Shown here piece after piece: positions 39,254 to 50,223 of a stretch of DNA of 64,000 nt; the stretch's first letter is position 1, and every line of letters starts with the position of its first letter. Source of the stretch: Planctomycetota bacterium (GTDB lineage: Bacteria; Planctomycetota; Planctomycetia; Planctomycetales; Planctomycetaceae); the NCBI GenBank assembly GCA_037146815.1, contig JBAWWJ010000014.1:1114-65113 (forward strand). Direction: 5' to 3'. The notes beneath the pieces were generated by a model. That model was not told the origin of the DNA. It searched no databases and worked only from the letters and a program-made list of their open reading frames with translations. The translations under genes and the position numbers were made by a program.

Positions 39254-40366
39254 CTACGGTCTTGAAGCAATCCGCTTCAGGATTTCAGCACCACGTTGCA
39301 GCGTCGATTCGTCGGCCGCGAAGCTGACGCGAAAATGGGAATCATGCTGGCTGAAGACATTGCCGGGGATGATCAGCAACTCGTTCTCAATGGCCTTCGA
39401 GACAAATTCGGTCCCAGTTCCCCAAGGGGCCTTGATGAAAAGGTAAAAAGCACCGCCGCTCCCTCGGATGTCGTAAATACCCCCAAGTTCCTTCAGTAGG
39501 AATTCGCGGTTACGGGCGTAGTTTGCAACGCGATCGGAGACGTCACACTTTAAAGCGGCCAAGCCTGCCCACTGGACAGGTTGCGGGGCACAGACGAACG
39601 TGAATTGCTGCAGTTTGATCATCTGCTGAATCACGTGTGAAGGTCCATGTGCGAATCCCAGGCGCAATCCCGTCATCGAATGAGACTTGCTGAATCCATC
39701 AATGACAATCGTCTGGTCATTCCACTTCACAGGGCTGACAAATGGCTTGTCATAACAAAAGACTCGGTAAATCTCGTCGCTGATGAGGCAGATGTTCTTT
39801 TCGCGAGCCAGGTCTGCCAGTCCCTTCAGTTCTTCTTCACTCGCGACATATCCGGTCGGATTGCAAGGGCTGTTGCAAAGGATTGCCTTGGTAAGGGGGG
39901 TAATGGCATCTCGAACCTTGTTCAGGTCAATTTTGAAATCTGGATAGGTGTCGATCTGGACGCACGTTCCACCTGCCAGAGTGACCAGGTGCTTGTACAT
40001 TACAAACCAGGGATCGAAGGCGATCACTTCGTCGCCTGGATTGACCAGGACTGAAAGGGCGAGCATCAGCCCACCACTGGTCCCGCTGGTCACGAACAAT
40101 TCACGATCAGCATGTCCCAGTGGAGCGACAAATTCCTGAAGCAGGCCTTCGCGCAGGGGAGCAATCCCCTGGGACTGACTGTAGACATTACGCCCCTCGT
40201 CCACTGCCTGGCACAAGGCACGCTTGACGGAGTCTGGGGTATCGAAGTGAGGCTGCCCGATACTGAGGTTGATCGGGTTCTTCATCTTCGTGGCGAGGTC
40301 AAAGACCTTACGAATTCCGGAAGCATCAATCTTGTGCATCCGGTCGGCGATCCAGGATTGGCTCAT
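39254..40366 (-). CDS. PLP-dependent aminotransferase class I/II
   Basis: INLSIGQPHF, NSPCNPTG, ISDEIY, GFSKSHSMTGLRLG. Confidence 0.92.
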   Translation of the reverse strand: MSQSWIADRMHKIDASGIRKVFDLATKMKNPINLSIGQPHFDTPDSVKRALCQAVDEGRNVYSQSQGIAPLREGLLQEFVAPLGHADRELFVTSGTSGGLMLALSVLVNPGDEVIAFDPWFVMYKHLVTLAGGTCVQIDTYPDFKIDLNKVRDAITPLTKAILCNSPCNPTGYVASEEELKGLADLAREKNICLISDEIYRVFCYDKPFVSPVKWNDQTIVIDGFSKSHSMTGLRLGFAHGPSHVIQQMIKLQQFTFVCAPQPVQWAGLAALKCDVSDRVANYARNREFLLKELGGIYDIRGSGGAFYLFIKAPWGTGTEFVSKAIENELLIIPGNVFSQHDSHFRVSFAADESTLQRGAEILKRIASRP

Positions 40367-40677
40367 GATGAAAATCGTCTGTTGCTCGTTGGTGAAGTTC
40401 TGGTCTCGTCCGGATTGCAGCATCACAAATGCAACCGGCAAACGTCATCGTGCGAGGATAACCGAATATCCCAGACTTGCCGAGCCCGCAAGGTCGATCA
40501 TCGGCGGCGGTTTAGAAATGCCCGGAATCCCCCGTGAACACGTAAGCTCTGGTTGAAATGATTCCAGCATCACGGAATAATCCTGCGGAGCGAAAGTCGG
40601 CCTGCGCAGCCGGCTTGTTTGCTGCAAGTGATTCAGCGCTGTTAAAAGACCTTGACACTACACCCAGGAGTCCGATT

Positions 40678-41682
40678 GTGAAGAACTGTTCGTTTTACGT
40701 CGCTGCCGCACTTGCCTTCGGCCTGACGTTGTCAGCCGTTGCCGCAGACAAGCCTGCTCCAGTTCGGATGGGCTGCGGGATTATGACTTTTGATACGGTT
40801 CCTGGCTGGGGCCTGAGTGCCGAAGGGAAGTCGCAGATCGGACCGACCCACGGCGGTGTCGTTGTTGATAAGGCGGGAAACGTCTACACCAGTGCGGACA
40901 TGGGGATTTTCGTATTTTCACCCGACGGGAAACTGATTCGACGTTTCGTCGGTCCCGAATACACACAGACGCACGATATCGAAATCCGTGAAGAAGCCGA
41001 CGGCGAATATATTTACGGGGCGCGAAATGTTGCCGGTGAGGGAATCAAGCTCCATGCCGAAACCGGTGCCATCGTTTTGAAGCTGCCATTTCCGGCCGAG
41101 TCTGGACTGAAGCTGCCACGATTGAGCCCGACCGCGATCACGGTTGCCTCGAATGGCGACATTTTTCTATCGGATGGCTATGCCAGCAATCACATTTTCA
41201 AATTCGACAAGACCGGCAAGTACCTGATGCACTTCGGGACCAAGGGAAACGATCTGAAGCAGTTCAATACCGCTCACGGAATGACTCTGGACACGCGTTA
41301 CAGCCCTGCCCGCCTGTTGATTTGCGATCGCAACCATCAGCCCAAAGGTCGCCTGCTGCACTACAGCCTGGAAGGTGAATTCATTGACGAAGTCATCACC
41401 GGACTGGGAATGCCAACGTCCGCTGCCGTTCAGGGAGATTACGTTTCGGTTCCCGACCTGCATGGCCGCGTCGTGATTCTGGACAAGACCAACACGATCA
41501 TGGCAGTTCTCGGTCACAACGCTGATCGGGGTAAAGGGGCGAATTACAATATTCCCCAGGACCAGTGGGTCGAAGGGGTCTTCAGCGGAACTCACGGGTC
41601 GAACTGGGACAAGGACGGCAACCTGTATGTTCAGGACTGGAATGTCTCCGGCCGCATCATCAAGCTCGTTCGAGTGAAATAG
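40678..41682 (+). CDS. Exported NHL-repeat beta-propeller protein (peptidylglycine lyase-like)
   Basis: GTG after CAGGAG, signal peptide, DIFLSDGYASNHI, FNTAHGM, LICDRN, YVQDWN. Confidence 0.75.
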   Translation: MKNCSFYVAAALAFGLTLSAVAADKPAPVRMGCGIMTFDTVPGWGLSAEGKSQIGPTHGGVVVDKAGNVYTSADMGIFVFSPDGKLIRRFVGPEYTQTHDIEIREEADGEYIYGARNVAGEGIKLHAETGAIVLKLPFPAESGLKLPRLSPTAITVASNGDIFLSDGYASNHIFKFDKTGKYLMHFGTKGNDLKQFNTAHGMTLDTRYSPARLLICDRNHQPKGRLLHYSLEGEFIDEVITGLGMPTSAAVQGDYVSVPDLHGRVVILDKTNTIMAVLGHNADRGKGANYNIPQDQWVEGVFSGTHGSNWDKDGNLYVQDWNVSGRIIKLVRVK

Positions 41683-41710
41683 TCCGCAGGTGGGACTTCG
41701 CACTGCAAAT

Positions 41711-41741
41711 AAACGCCGCACTGGTCAGTGCGGCGTTTTTC
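41711..41741 (+). terminator. Rho-independent terminator
   Basis: AAACGCCGCAC-TGGTCA-GTGCGGCGTTTTT. Confidence 0.8.
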
Positions 41742-41946
41742 ATTGACGGAGCAGTCGACTTCGTCAAGAGCGTGCGTGCGTTCGCGGATTCAATTCTCAC
41801 ACGTGGTAAACCGAACCCAATCTCAGCATTCTTTCTTCTTTGACTACCCTCATTCGCCCAGATCAGCTACTCTTTCGTGCTGCGCGCGAAATTTGGAATT
41901 TCTGTAATCATTGGCGCGCACAAATCCTCGCGACAGGGAACGGTCC

Positions 41947-44900
41947 ATGACGTTGTCGGAACTGCTGGAGAGCAAGTTTCGTGGTGATATTCGATTTCGT
42001 GGTGCGGCCTACATTCAGGCGGAACGCGTATCTGTAATTCGCGTTACGCCCGATCATCTGTTCGCCGTGGTTCGAGATGGCGTCGAATTTCAGACGCAAC
42101 TCAGCCGCGACGGCACGGCGCTCACCATGACCTGCAATTGTGTGGGAACATCCGCCAACCCCAGCAATAACCTGCATTGCAAACACCTGTGGGCCACGAT
42201 TCTGGCTGCAGACGCCGGACATTACGTTTCGGGTTCTGCCAAACCAGGGTTCATTCCACCATTCGCCGTTGAAGACGCTGATCCGCTGGACTTCGAGCTG
42301 GACGATCTGGAAGGGGAAGCGGACGATTACTTCACGCCCACCTCGTCTCGTTCAGTCAAAACCCGATCCGTCGAACGTGAGTCGCGACCGGTGGAAGCTG
42401 CTCCACGATTACGTGAATGGGAATCCCGGCTGAGCGACCTGCGTAAAGCGATGCAGGTCGAAGATTCCTCCGTTTCGATGGCCGGCCGAGAACGCCAGGT
42501 CTTCTACGAAATCGATGCCGCCGCCAGTGAAGAAGCGGGATTGATCATTATCCAGACGTCGCAGCGTCAACGCCGGGCGAATGGCGAGTGGGGAAAGCTG
42601 AAGCCACTCAAGTTGCGTCCCGGTCGATTCGAAGAAATCGATGACGACGAAGATCGACGGATTCTGGCTCACCTTGTCGGGGGAACTCCCGACCGAACGC
42701 TGGTCAATGGCGCTGCCGACAATTTCGCGGCGTTCCGCTATCGCGTTCCGCACGATCTGTGTCAGTTGCTGCTGCCCGCCATCTGTGCGACAGGCCGTAT
42801 CCGACTTCAAGGCGAAGAAGAACGCGTCACCGAAACCCTGGACTGGGATGACGGCGGGACGTGGGAGCTTTGCCTGGCGATTGAATTCCTCGAAGCCGAA
42901 AGCGTCTGGAAGTTACGTGGCTATCTGACACGCGACGAAGAGCGATTGTCACTCAAGGAACCGGTTCTGGTCGTTCCTGGCGGTCTGGCGATCGCGAACA
43001 ATCGGATTCGCGCTTTTCAAGACTTTGATGCGTACCCATGGGTCACGTTGCTCAGGCGTTCTGACGACTTCCAGGTGCCGGCCGGCGAAGAACACGAGCT
43101 TGTCGACCGGTTGCTGGATATGCCGGCTCTGCCGAAGCTTGAATTGCCACCGGAACTGCAACTGGAAGAAGTTGTCGTCTCGCCGAAGCCAATTCTGGTC
43201 GTTCATGCACCTGGAAAATCGCGTTGGCATCAGGACCGACTGAAAGCGGAAGTTCTGTTTGATTACGATGGAACGGCAGTTCGCGGGACCAGCAGCCAAT
43301 GGGCGATCGTCCAGCGAGCCGCCAGCCGCTGTCTGTTGCGAGATAAGCAGGCGGAAGCGATCGCCTGGTCGCAACTGCAGGACGGCGGATTCCGACGGTT
43401 ACTCGACCAGAAGCGTGGTCAGCACGATGCTGAAATCTCGGCACGAGATCTGGCGCCGGCCGTCCGTAAACTGATCGCCGAAGCCTGGCAGGTCCGCGCC
43501 GATGGCAAGCAGGTCCGCCAGCCACTGGAATTGAAGTTCCAGATCAAGTCGAACATCGATTGGTTTGAACTTCACGCCGACGTCGATTTCGGTGGCGCGC
43601 GTGTGACGTTCCCAGAACTGCTGGCCGCATTGGCTCGCGGCGACGGCACGATCATGCTGGACGACGGGTCACTGGGGATTCTTCCCGAAGAATGGATGAA
43701 GCGTTACGGGTTGCTCGCCGGCCTGGGAGAAGTCGAAGGTGAACATCTGAAATTCGGCCTGGTTCAGGCGGGGATTCTGGATGCACTGCTGATATCGCAA
43801 CCGTCCGTCGACTACGACGCGCGGTTCTTGGAAATCCGGGAACGCCTCGCCAGCTTCAGTGGCGTGCAACCCGAACAAGAACCTGCAACGTTTAAGGGTG
43901 AACTGCGCCCGTACCAGCGCGAAGGTCTGGGATGGCTCCGGTTCCTGGAAGAATTCCATTTCGGCGGCTGCCTGGCAGACGACATGGGTCTCGGTAAAAC
44001 AATCCAGATGCTGGCGTTCCTGGAAGGCCGCCGTCGACGGAACAAGAAGCGAGTTCCGTCGCTGGTCGTTGTTCCGAAATCGCTGCTGTTCAACTGGAAG
44101 CAGGAGTGCGAAAAGTTCACTCCCGACATGAAGTCCTTGGAATATGCCGGTCTGGATCGAGCGAAGTTGCGAGACGATTTCACGAAGCACGATCTGATTC
44201 TGACCACATACGGCACATTGCGCCGCGATATCCTGGCGCTCAAGGAAGTTCAGTTCGACTACATCATTCTGGATGAAGCCCAGGCGATCAAGAACTCCAG
44301 CTCACAAGTGGCGAAGGCATCGCGGTTGCTGCAGGCCCATCATCGAATTGGCCTGAGCGGTACGCCGATCGAAAACCATCTGGGTGACCTGTGCTCGATT
44401 TTTGAATTCCTCAATCCAAGCATGCTCGGCCGAAGCTCAGCCTTCAAACTGCATGCGGCCGATCCGGAAAACAAGGAAACGCGCCAGGTTCTGGCTGACG
44501 GTCTGCGTCCGTTGATTTTGCGTCGTACAAAGCAGAGCGTGGCGAGCGAACTGCCCGAAAAGCTCGAACAGACCATTTACTGCGAAATGGGCGACGATCA
44601 GCAGCGGCTGTACAACGAACTGCGAGACCACTATCGCGATTCGTTGCTGGGGATCATCGAAGATCAGGGACTGGCGAAGTCTCGGATGCACGTTCTCGAA
44701 GCATTGCTCCGACTGCGTCAGGTCGCCTGCCATCCGGCGTTGCTCGACAAGGCGACGGCCGAAGATCCAAGTGCCAAGCTGGACGTGCTGATTCCGCATA
44801 TCGAAGAACTGCTGGAAGAGGGGCACAAGACGCTCGTCTTCTCGCAATTCACGAGCATGCTGGCGATTGTTCGACAGCATCTGGATAAGAAGGGGATCAC

Positions 44901-45276
44901 GTACGAATACCTGGACGGTCAGACACGCGATCGAAAAGAACGTGTCGAACACTTCCAGAGCGACGACAAGTGCGGCGTGTTCCTGATCAGTTTGAAGGCG
45001 GGGGGCCTGGGTCTGAATCTGACCGCAGCCGATTACGTCTTCATTCTCGATCCATGGTGGAATCCCGCCGTGGAAACTCAGGCGATCGACCGCGCCCACC
45101 GCGTCGGTCAGACGCGTCAGGTCTTCGCATATCGCTTGATCTGCCGTAACACGGTCGAAGAGAAAATTGCAGAGCTGCAACAACAGAAGCGTGAGTTGGC
45201 GGATGCAATTCTGGAACAGAATAACTCGCTGCTCCAGAACCTGACCACCGACGACCTGAAGTTGCTGCTGTCGTAG
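41947..45276 (+). CDS. SWIM Zn-finger + SNF2-family helicase/ATPase
   Basis: CNC..CKHLWA (SWIM); LRPYQREG, LADDMGLGKT, LDEAQAIKN, LSGTPIEN, VFSQF, SLKAGGLGLNL, QAIDRAHRVGQ. Confidence 0.93.
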   Translation: MTLSELLESKFRGDIRFRGAAYIQAERVSVIRVTPDHLFAVVRDGVEFQTQLSRDGTALTMTCNCVGTSANPSNNLHCKHLWATILAADAGHYVSGSAKPGFIPPFAVEDADPLDFELDDLEGEADDYFTPTSSRSVKTRSVERESRPVEAAPRLREWESRLSDLRKAMQVEDSSVSMAGRERQVFYEIDAAASEEAGLIIIQTSQRQRRANGEWGKLKPLKLRPGRFEEIDDDEDRRILAHLVGGTPDRTLVNGAADNFAAFRYRVPHDLCQLLLPAICATGRIRLQGEEERVTETLDWDDGGTWELCLAIEFLEAESVWKLRGYLTRDEERLSLKEPVLVVPGGLAIANNRIRAFQDFDAYPWVTLLRRSDDFQVPAGEEHELVDRLLDMPALPKLELPPELQLEEVVVSPKPILVVHAPGKSRWHQDRLKAEVLFDYDGTAVRGTSSQWAIVQRAASRCLLRDKQAEAIAWSQLQDGGFRRLLDQKRGQHDAEISARDLAPAVRKLIAEAWQVRADGKQVRQPLELKFQIKSNIDWFELHADVDFGGARVTFPELLAALARGDGTIMLDDGSLGILPEEWMKRYGLLAGLGEVEGEHLKFGLVQAGILDALLISQPSVDYDARFLEIRERLASFSGVQPEQEPATFKGELRPYQREGLGWLRFLEEFHFGGCLADDMGLGKTIQMLAFLEGRRRRNKKRVPSLVVVPKSLLFNWKQECEKFTPDMKSLEYAGLDRAKLRDDFTKHDLILTTYGTLRRDILALKEVQFDYIILDEAQAIKNSSSQVAKASRLLQAHHRIGLSGTPIENHLGDLCSIFEFLNPSMLGRSSAFKLHAADPENKETRQVLADGLRPLILRRTKQSVASELPEKLEQTIYCEMGDDQQRLYNELRDHYRDSLLGIIEDQGLAKSRMHVLEALLRLRQVACHPALLDKATAEDPSAKLDVLIPHIEELLEEGHKTLVFSQFTSMLAIVRQHLDKKGITYEYLDGQTRDRKERVEHFQSDDKCGVFLISLKAGGLGLNLTAADYVFILDPWWNPAVETQAIDRAHRVGQTRQVFAYRLICRNTVEEKIAELQQQKRELADAILEQNNSLLQNLTTDDLKLLLS

Positions 45277-45362
45277 TTCAAACGTGAAACTGATGTAACG
45301 TAGCCTTCACGCTGGGTGATGGCTACGTTGCCGATTCCGATCCGTGGTACCCCTTCGGAACT

Positions 45363-45498
45363 GGTCTCCCGACTGCGCCAAAACGCCTGACCGAAGGTCT
45401 CCTCTTCCTTTCTTCGCCTTCAGCCAAGACGATGGGCAGAACGATGAAGAATTGCGATTTCAATCTCTTCAATTGTTCTGCCCCCCATCGTTCTGCCC
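45363..45498. repeat. Partial copy of the nested composite repeat (degenerate outer arm 45363-45402 + GGGCAGAACGAT element 45428-45498)
   Basis: ggtctcccgac..cgcc.aaac..c.gaccgaaggtctcc and the linker ..cagccaagacgatgggcagaacgatg match 11291-11376. Lies between convergent genes. Confidence 0.8.
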
Positions 45499-45530
45499 AA
45501 CCGAAACTGTATTGGCAAGAGGTTCGGCAT

Positions 45531-46295
45531 TCACTGCGCTGCTGCGATCGCTGAGTTTCGATCATGAGTTTCTTCTGCGGCACTCGGACGCATATAGAAC
45601 GGAATTGACTTCCAGTAATCGAAGTCATCGCTGCCTGGTGACGCGTCCTGGTTTTGCAACATCTGGATTCCAAGATGAGCCACGGACGATGCGATTGGCA
45701 CAACAATACTACCGTTCGTCAGATATTGACCAGGAAATGATTCCACGTCGTATCGCAGCAGTCCCCGGCCGGTAATGACTTCATCGGAGGTCCGCTTTGC
45801 TAGCCAATTTTCCGCTTCGACGATCGCAACCGGAGCTGTCAGACTCCAATTGTCACCGGTGCGAAGATATCGTCCCGCGATGAGGTCACCGCGTTGGGCA
45901 TCGTCCACGACCCAGAGATCGTGGATCTCGGGAGGGCAATTCATGGCAACGGTGATAAACGTGTCGACGGCAACGAAGCGGCACCCCGTGGCAAAAGCAA
46001 ATGTCTTGGCACAAACGAGCCCGACTCGCAGCCCCGTAAAGCTTCCGGGTCCGCGACTGACAGCGACGGCGTCCACCTGAGACGGTGTCAGTTGATGGGC
46101 CGCGAGCATGTCCCGGATTTCAAGGACGAGCGACTGAGCATGACGGCGCCCCGGCTGATCCAGGGACCGGCATTCCAAGGAGTGTCCGTCGCGGACGAGA
46201 GCAACACTTCCCGATAGACCGCTTGTTTCAATTCCCAGGACCGTCCGGTATGTTAAGGGAGTCTCGCTTTGCGGCGATGGAGGCTCATTCGACAA
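45531..46295 (-). CDS. tsaB: tRNA threonylcarbamoyladenosine biosynthesis protein TsaB
   Basis: VLGIETSG, HAQSL, AVSRGPGSFTGLRVG, DAQRG, PFYMRPSAAE. Start tentatively TTG 46295 after AAGGA. Confidence 0.9.
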   Translation of the reverse strand: MSNEPPSPQSETPLTYRTVLGIETSGLSGSVALVRDGHSLECRSLDQPGRRHAQSLVLEIRDMLAAHQLTPSQVDAVAVSRGPGSFTGLRVGLVCAKTFAFATGCRFVAVDTFITVAMNCPPEIHDLWVVDDAQRGDLIAGRYLRTGDNWSLTAPVAIVEAENWLAKRTSDEVITGRGLLRYDVESFPGQYLTNGSIVVPIASSVAHLGIQMLQNQDASPGSDDFDYWKSIPFYMRPSAAEETHDRNSAIAAAQ

Positions 46296-49200
46296 ATACA
46301 AATTCCTTGACGTTGAAGAGGACATGACACAGGTCAGCCCAAGCCTGGGGCGAGACTTTGCGTTGTTGATCCGCGATTCCAAAACGGGCTCCCTGTGCCT
46401 CCAGAAATGCCAGAGCTTCAGACTTCTCGGCATCGGAAGCACGACGGGAAAATGCCGTCAGGTACATTGCGTCGATCCGTTGCTCAACCGATTGGCCGGG
46501 ATCCGCCAGCAGTCGCTCAGCCCATTTTCGAGCCATGTCGACCACGAATGGGTCATTCATCAGGATCAGTGCCTGGGCCGGAACATTGGAATTCGTGCGT
46601 CGGCCAACAGTTGAAAACGGAGACGGAGTGTCGAATGCGAGCATCATCGGTGACAGAAAATTGCGACGAACTGCGATGTAGATACTGCGACGGCCGTTTC
46701 CATCCAGAGGGCCATTCACACCGGGGCGTCCCCGACCTTCCATGAATGGCGTCAGGTGAATCGGAACACTGGGGCCGAACGGAGTGGGAACGAGTCGCCC
46801 TGAGACCGCCAGCAATGAGTCGCGGATAATTTCGCCCTGCAAACGCTTGATCGGCATCCGATGCCACAACAGATTGTCAGGGTCCTGCGTTTCCACTGGT
46901 TCAGTCGGGTGACTCGACATCTGGTAGGTTTGACTGAGGATCAGGGACTTGATCAATTTCTTCGTCGACCAACCCTGCTTGACGAATTGCGTTGCCAGGT
47001 GATCCAGCAGTTCCGGATGCGTCGGTGCTTGTCCGAGGACTCCCATATTGTCGACGGAAGGAACGATTCCTCGTCCAAACAAGTGATGCCAGACACGATT
47101 GACCGCGACGCGTGCAGCCAGCGGACTTTGCAGCATCTGTTGCGCGAGTTCCATGCGGCCACTCGTTTCCACGGGATTTGTCAACTTTTCGCCAGTGATC
47201 GCTTCCAGAAAACGGCGAGCGACGGAATCACGCGGGGTATTCGAATTGCCGCGAATCAGCAGATGCTCGTCGATTCCATTGCCGTCGAGCATGGCGGGGG
47301 CGAGTTGTGATTCCCATTGAACCTGCTTTGCCAATTGACTTTCTTCGTTGCGAAGAGTGGATTCGATTTTTTCGAATCCCACGCGATCGTTCCTGGCAAG
47401 GATCAGTCCCTGGTGGTCAAGGATCCAGTTGGCCAGTGCGGCGTCCGACGCGGCTATCGGTTTTCGATGGGTCGCAGCCAGAATCGATACGGCGACAGCG
47501 AATTGGTCACGCAGAGCGACTGCGCGCTTCTCATCGGAATCGGTTGCAGAGGTAAACGGTGAATGGATCGACAGGTCTGGCAACTTCGGTGCGTCATCAC
47601 CCTGAACGACCATTGCCACACAGCAGCCATTGTCATCGCCCGGCGAGAATTCCACATGCAATCGGTGGCCTTTGTAAAGTTCAAGGCCATGCGCGACCCA
47701 GTGCCATTGGTCATCGGCATGTTTGAATTCCCGCAGCAGAGAGCCATGCAGCGGTCCGGCGACGACCAGGTGAGAATTCACGACGGCGTACGCTCGAACT
47801 GACCCACGCACCAGGTACCACAAACGGCTTGAGTTCATCGAGAATTCTGGAGATCGGACCATGCGGCCATGTCGATGCCAGTCCCCCATTCCGCCATGAT
47901 CGTCTTGTGTTCCAGCGGCAAGTTTCTGATCCTTCCAGAACAAATCGCGTTCCCATCCTCCCTGGGTCACGGCACGCGGTCCACCGGTTTGAGAGTTGAA
48001 TCGCAATTCGCCGGTCTTTTCGGGTTGAGGTCCGAACGAGACTCCATCCTGAATGGCGGCTCCTGGGTGCGCGTGCCCAAAGTCGACGACCAGCCCTGGA
48101 ATTTCTGCGGTTGTCGTGACAGCCGAAGCGGGGTTTGCCTCTGCTGGTTTCATGAACCCGTGCAGTGGATGGCCTTTTTGTGGCGCAGCGAGTTCCACGC
48201 ACCACTCTGCCAGGATCTCAGGGTGCAGTCCCTTTGACGTGGCAACAGCTTCGACTTTTGCCTTCGCAGCAGCCGCGAGTTCGCGTCTGATAGCAGGGCG
48301 CGGCGATGATTCGTCATTTGTGAAAACGATCTGGTCAACGAGGATGTGTCCCCACCCACCCGCCTCGGAATCAACAATCGTGATTCGTGCGGTCTTGCCT
48401 CGCAAATCGCCGACCTGCCACTGTTCACTCCGCAGCATTCCAGAATTCTGGCCGGCCGCCGTCCGGACGGATTTCCCATCGACTTCCAGGTTCATACACG
48501 TCTTACCAGCGTGAGCACCGCCGCCGATCAGAAAGCGGATCGTATTGTGCTGAATCGTAAATTCGGGTGAGGTCAATTTTCCCGTCTGAGCGTCGCGGGT
48601 TCCCGCATTGTTGGGACCTTGAAGGGCATTCCTGTGTGAATTGACCAATCGTTCGCCCTTGTAGCCTTCGAGCGGTGCTTCATAAGCGTTGTCCCCTTTA
48701 CGAGGTGGACGGTCTCCAAATGCAGTCCCTTCCGTCTTCCAGCCATTCCATGTTTCGGCTTCGAAATCAGCAAAGACGACTTCCGCAATCGGCCCGGCTG
48801 GCTTGACCTCTTCGGTTGTGATGCCGTCGTTGACCAGTTGCCGTGCAGCCAAAAGATATTGGTCAAGTTTAGTAACGGCAGGTCCTGAACTCTTTGCGAT
48901 ATTGGCGGAAAATGTCTGTTTGGTCGCTGCGCGAGCTTTCTGAAGTTCCCCAGCAATTTGACGGTCCTGTTCTTCCGTCTGGAGTCGAACCTGTCGGTAG
49001 CTGCCACTGATCAGGTATCCCGTCAGGGCATAATAGTCTCGTTGCGAGATCGCATCGAACTTATGGTCATGGCAGCGGGCGCAACCGACAGTCAGTCCCA
49101 GAAACGTTTTTGACATCACGTCCAGGCGGTTATCCATCCGGTCGGTTTCATCCTTGCGAATGTCGACGGGAGAATGGACTTCTTCACCGAGAAACCAGAA

Positions 49201-50223
49201 TCCGGTCCCCAGAACGGCCTCGTTAATTCGAGTCGACGGTTTATCTCCAGCGACTGGGGTATCTCGCCACCGCGGGGGCATCAGGTCGCCTGCAAGGTGT
49301 TCCGTCAGGAATTTGTCGTAGGGAACATCGGCATTCAAGGCGCGAATCACATAGTCGCGATACTGCCAGGCGTTTGGAATGATCGGTTCGAATTCGTGAC
49401 CACGTGTCTCCGCATAGCGAACCAGATCGAGCCAGTGTCGCGCCCAGCGCTCGCCGAAATGGACGGAATTCAGCAGCCGATCGACCACGTGTTCCAGTGC
49501 CTGTGGAGAGTTGTCGTTTATGAACGCCGCGACGTCTTCTGAAGTTGGTGGCAGGCCGACCAGATCAAAATAGACTCGACGCAGCAGTGAATACCGTTCC
49601 GCCGCAGACGCAGGCTTTAATCCACTCGATTCGAGCTTTGCCAGGATAAAGCGATCGACAGAAGTGAGTGGCCAGCCAGCATCTTTGACTGCAGGAACTG
49701 CTGGATCTGTAATCGGCTTCCAGCACCAATGCTCCGACTTCCGTGCCGCCAGATCAAACGGCTTTACGGTACCAGCCGCAGTGGCTGCTTCTTTGGGCCA
49801 GGGGGCTCCGAGTTCGACCCATTTTTTCAGAATCGCAATTTCGGCGGCGGGGAGCTTTGACTTCGGCGGCATCTGATACAGGTCGCCGTATTCGATCGCC
49901 GAAACCAGCAGGCTTTCTTTGACTTTGCCGGGTAGAACTGCGGGGCCAGTGTCTCCCCCCTTCAGTGCTGCCTGCCGTGACTTCAGCGACAGCCCCCCCT
50001 TTGGTTCATCCTTGCCGTTGCCGTGGCATTCCAGGCAACGATTGGTCAGGACTGGTCGAACTTCCTTTTCAAAAAACTCGATTGCCGCATCCATAAAAAC
50101 TGGATCAGAACTGGCCACATTCTTGGCCGGTTCGTCTGCTGCAAGGGCAACTGACGTAGCGACCAAGGCGAGGCAAACAACGATGTAATGGCAACCGGTC
50201 CATTGATGACTCATCCCGCGCAT
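46285..50223 (-). CDS. Planctomycete cytochrome c + DUF1549 + DUF1553 (PSD1) protein with an inserted beta-sandwich-like domain
   Basis: CLECH and CARCH heme-type motifs; HFGERWARHWLDLVRYAE; ARVAVNRVWHHLFGRGIV; HPELLDHLA; RRSIY; VPAQALILMN. Confidence 0.92.
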   Translation of the reverse strand: MRGMSHQWTGCHYIVVCLALVATSVALAADEPAKNVASSDPVFMDAAIEFFEKEVRPVLTNRCLECHGNGKDEPKGGLSLKSRQAALKGGDTGPAVLPGKVKESLLVSAIEYGDLYQMPPKSKLPAAEIAILKKWVELGAPWPKEAATAAGTVKPFDLAARKSEHWCWKPITDPAVPAVKDAGWPLTSVDRFILAKLESSGLKPASAAERYSLLRRVYFDLVGLPPTSEDVAAFINDNSPQALEHVVDRLLNSVHFGERWARHWLDLVRYAETRGHEFEPIIPNAWQYRDYVIRALNADVPYDKFLTEHLAGDLMPPRWRDTPVAGDKPSTRINEAVLGTGFWFLGEEVHSPVDIRKDETDRMDNRLDVMSKTFLGLTVGCARCHDHKFDAISQRDYYALTGYLISGSYRQVRLQTEEQDRQIAGELQKARAATKQTFSANIAKSSGPAVTKLDQYLLAARQLVNDGITTEEVKPAGPIAEVVFADFEAETWNGWKTEGTAFGDRPPRKGDNAYEAPLEGYKGERLVNSHRNALQGPNNAGTRDAQTGKLTSPEFTIQHNTIRFLIGGGAHAGKTCMNLEVDGKSVRTAAGQNSGMLRSEQWQVGDLRGKTARITIVDSEAGGWGHILVDQIVFTNDESSPRPAIRRELAAAAKAKVEAVATSKGLHPEILAEWCVELAAPQKGHPLHGFMKPAEANPASAVTTTAEIPGLVVDFGHAHPGAAIQDGVSFGPQPEKTGELRFNSQTGGPRAVTQGGWERDLFWKDQKLAAGTQDDHGGMGDWHRHGRMVRSPEFSMNSSRLWYLVRGSVRAYAVVNSHLVVAGPLHGSLLREFKHADDQWHWVAHGLELYKGHRLHVEFSPGDDNGCCVAMVVQGDDAPKLPDLSIHSPFTSATDSDEKRAVALRDQFAVAVSILAATHRKPIAASDAALANWILDHQGLILARNDRVGFEKIESTLRNEESQLAKQVQWESQLAPAMLDGNGIDEHLLIRGNSNTPRDSVARRFLEAITGEKLTNPVETSGRMELAQQMLQSPLAARVAVNRVWHHLFGRGIVPSVDNMGVLGQAPTHPELLDHLATQFVKQGWSTKKLIKSLILSQTYQMSSHPTEPVETQDPDNLLWHRMPIKRLQGEIIRDSLLAVSGRLVPTPFGPSVPIHLTPFMEGRGRPGVNGPLDGNGRRSIYIAVRRNFLSPMMLAFDTPSPFSTVGRRTNSNVPAQALILMNDPFVVDMARKWAERLLADPGQSVEQRIDAMYLTAFSRRASDAEKSEALAFLEAQGARFGIADQQRKVSPQAWADLCHVLFNVKEFVFVE

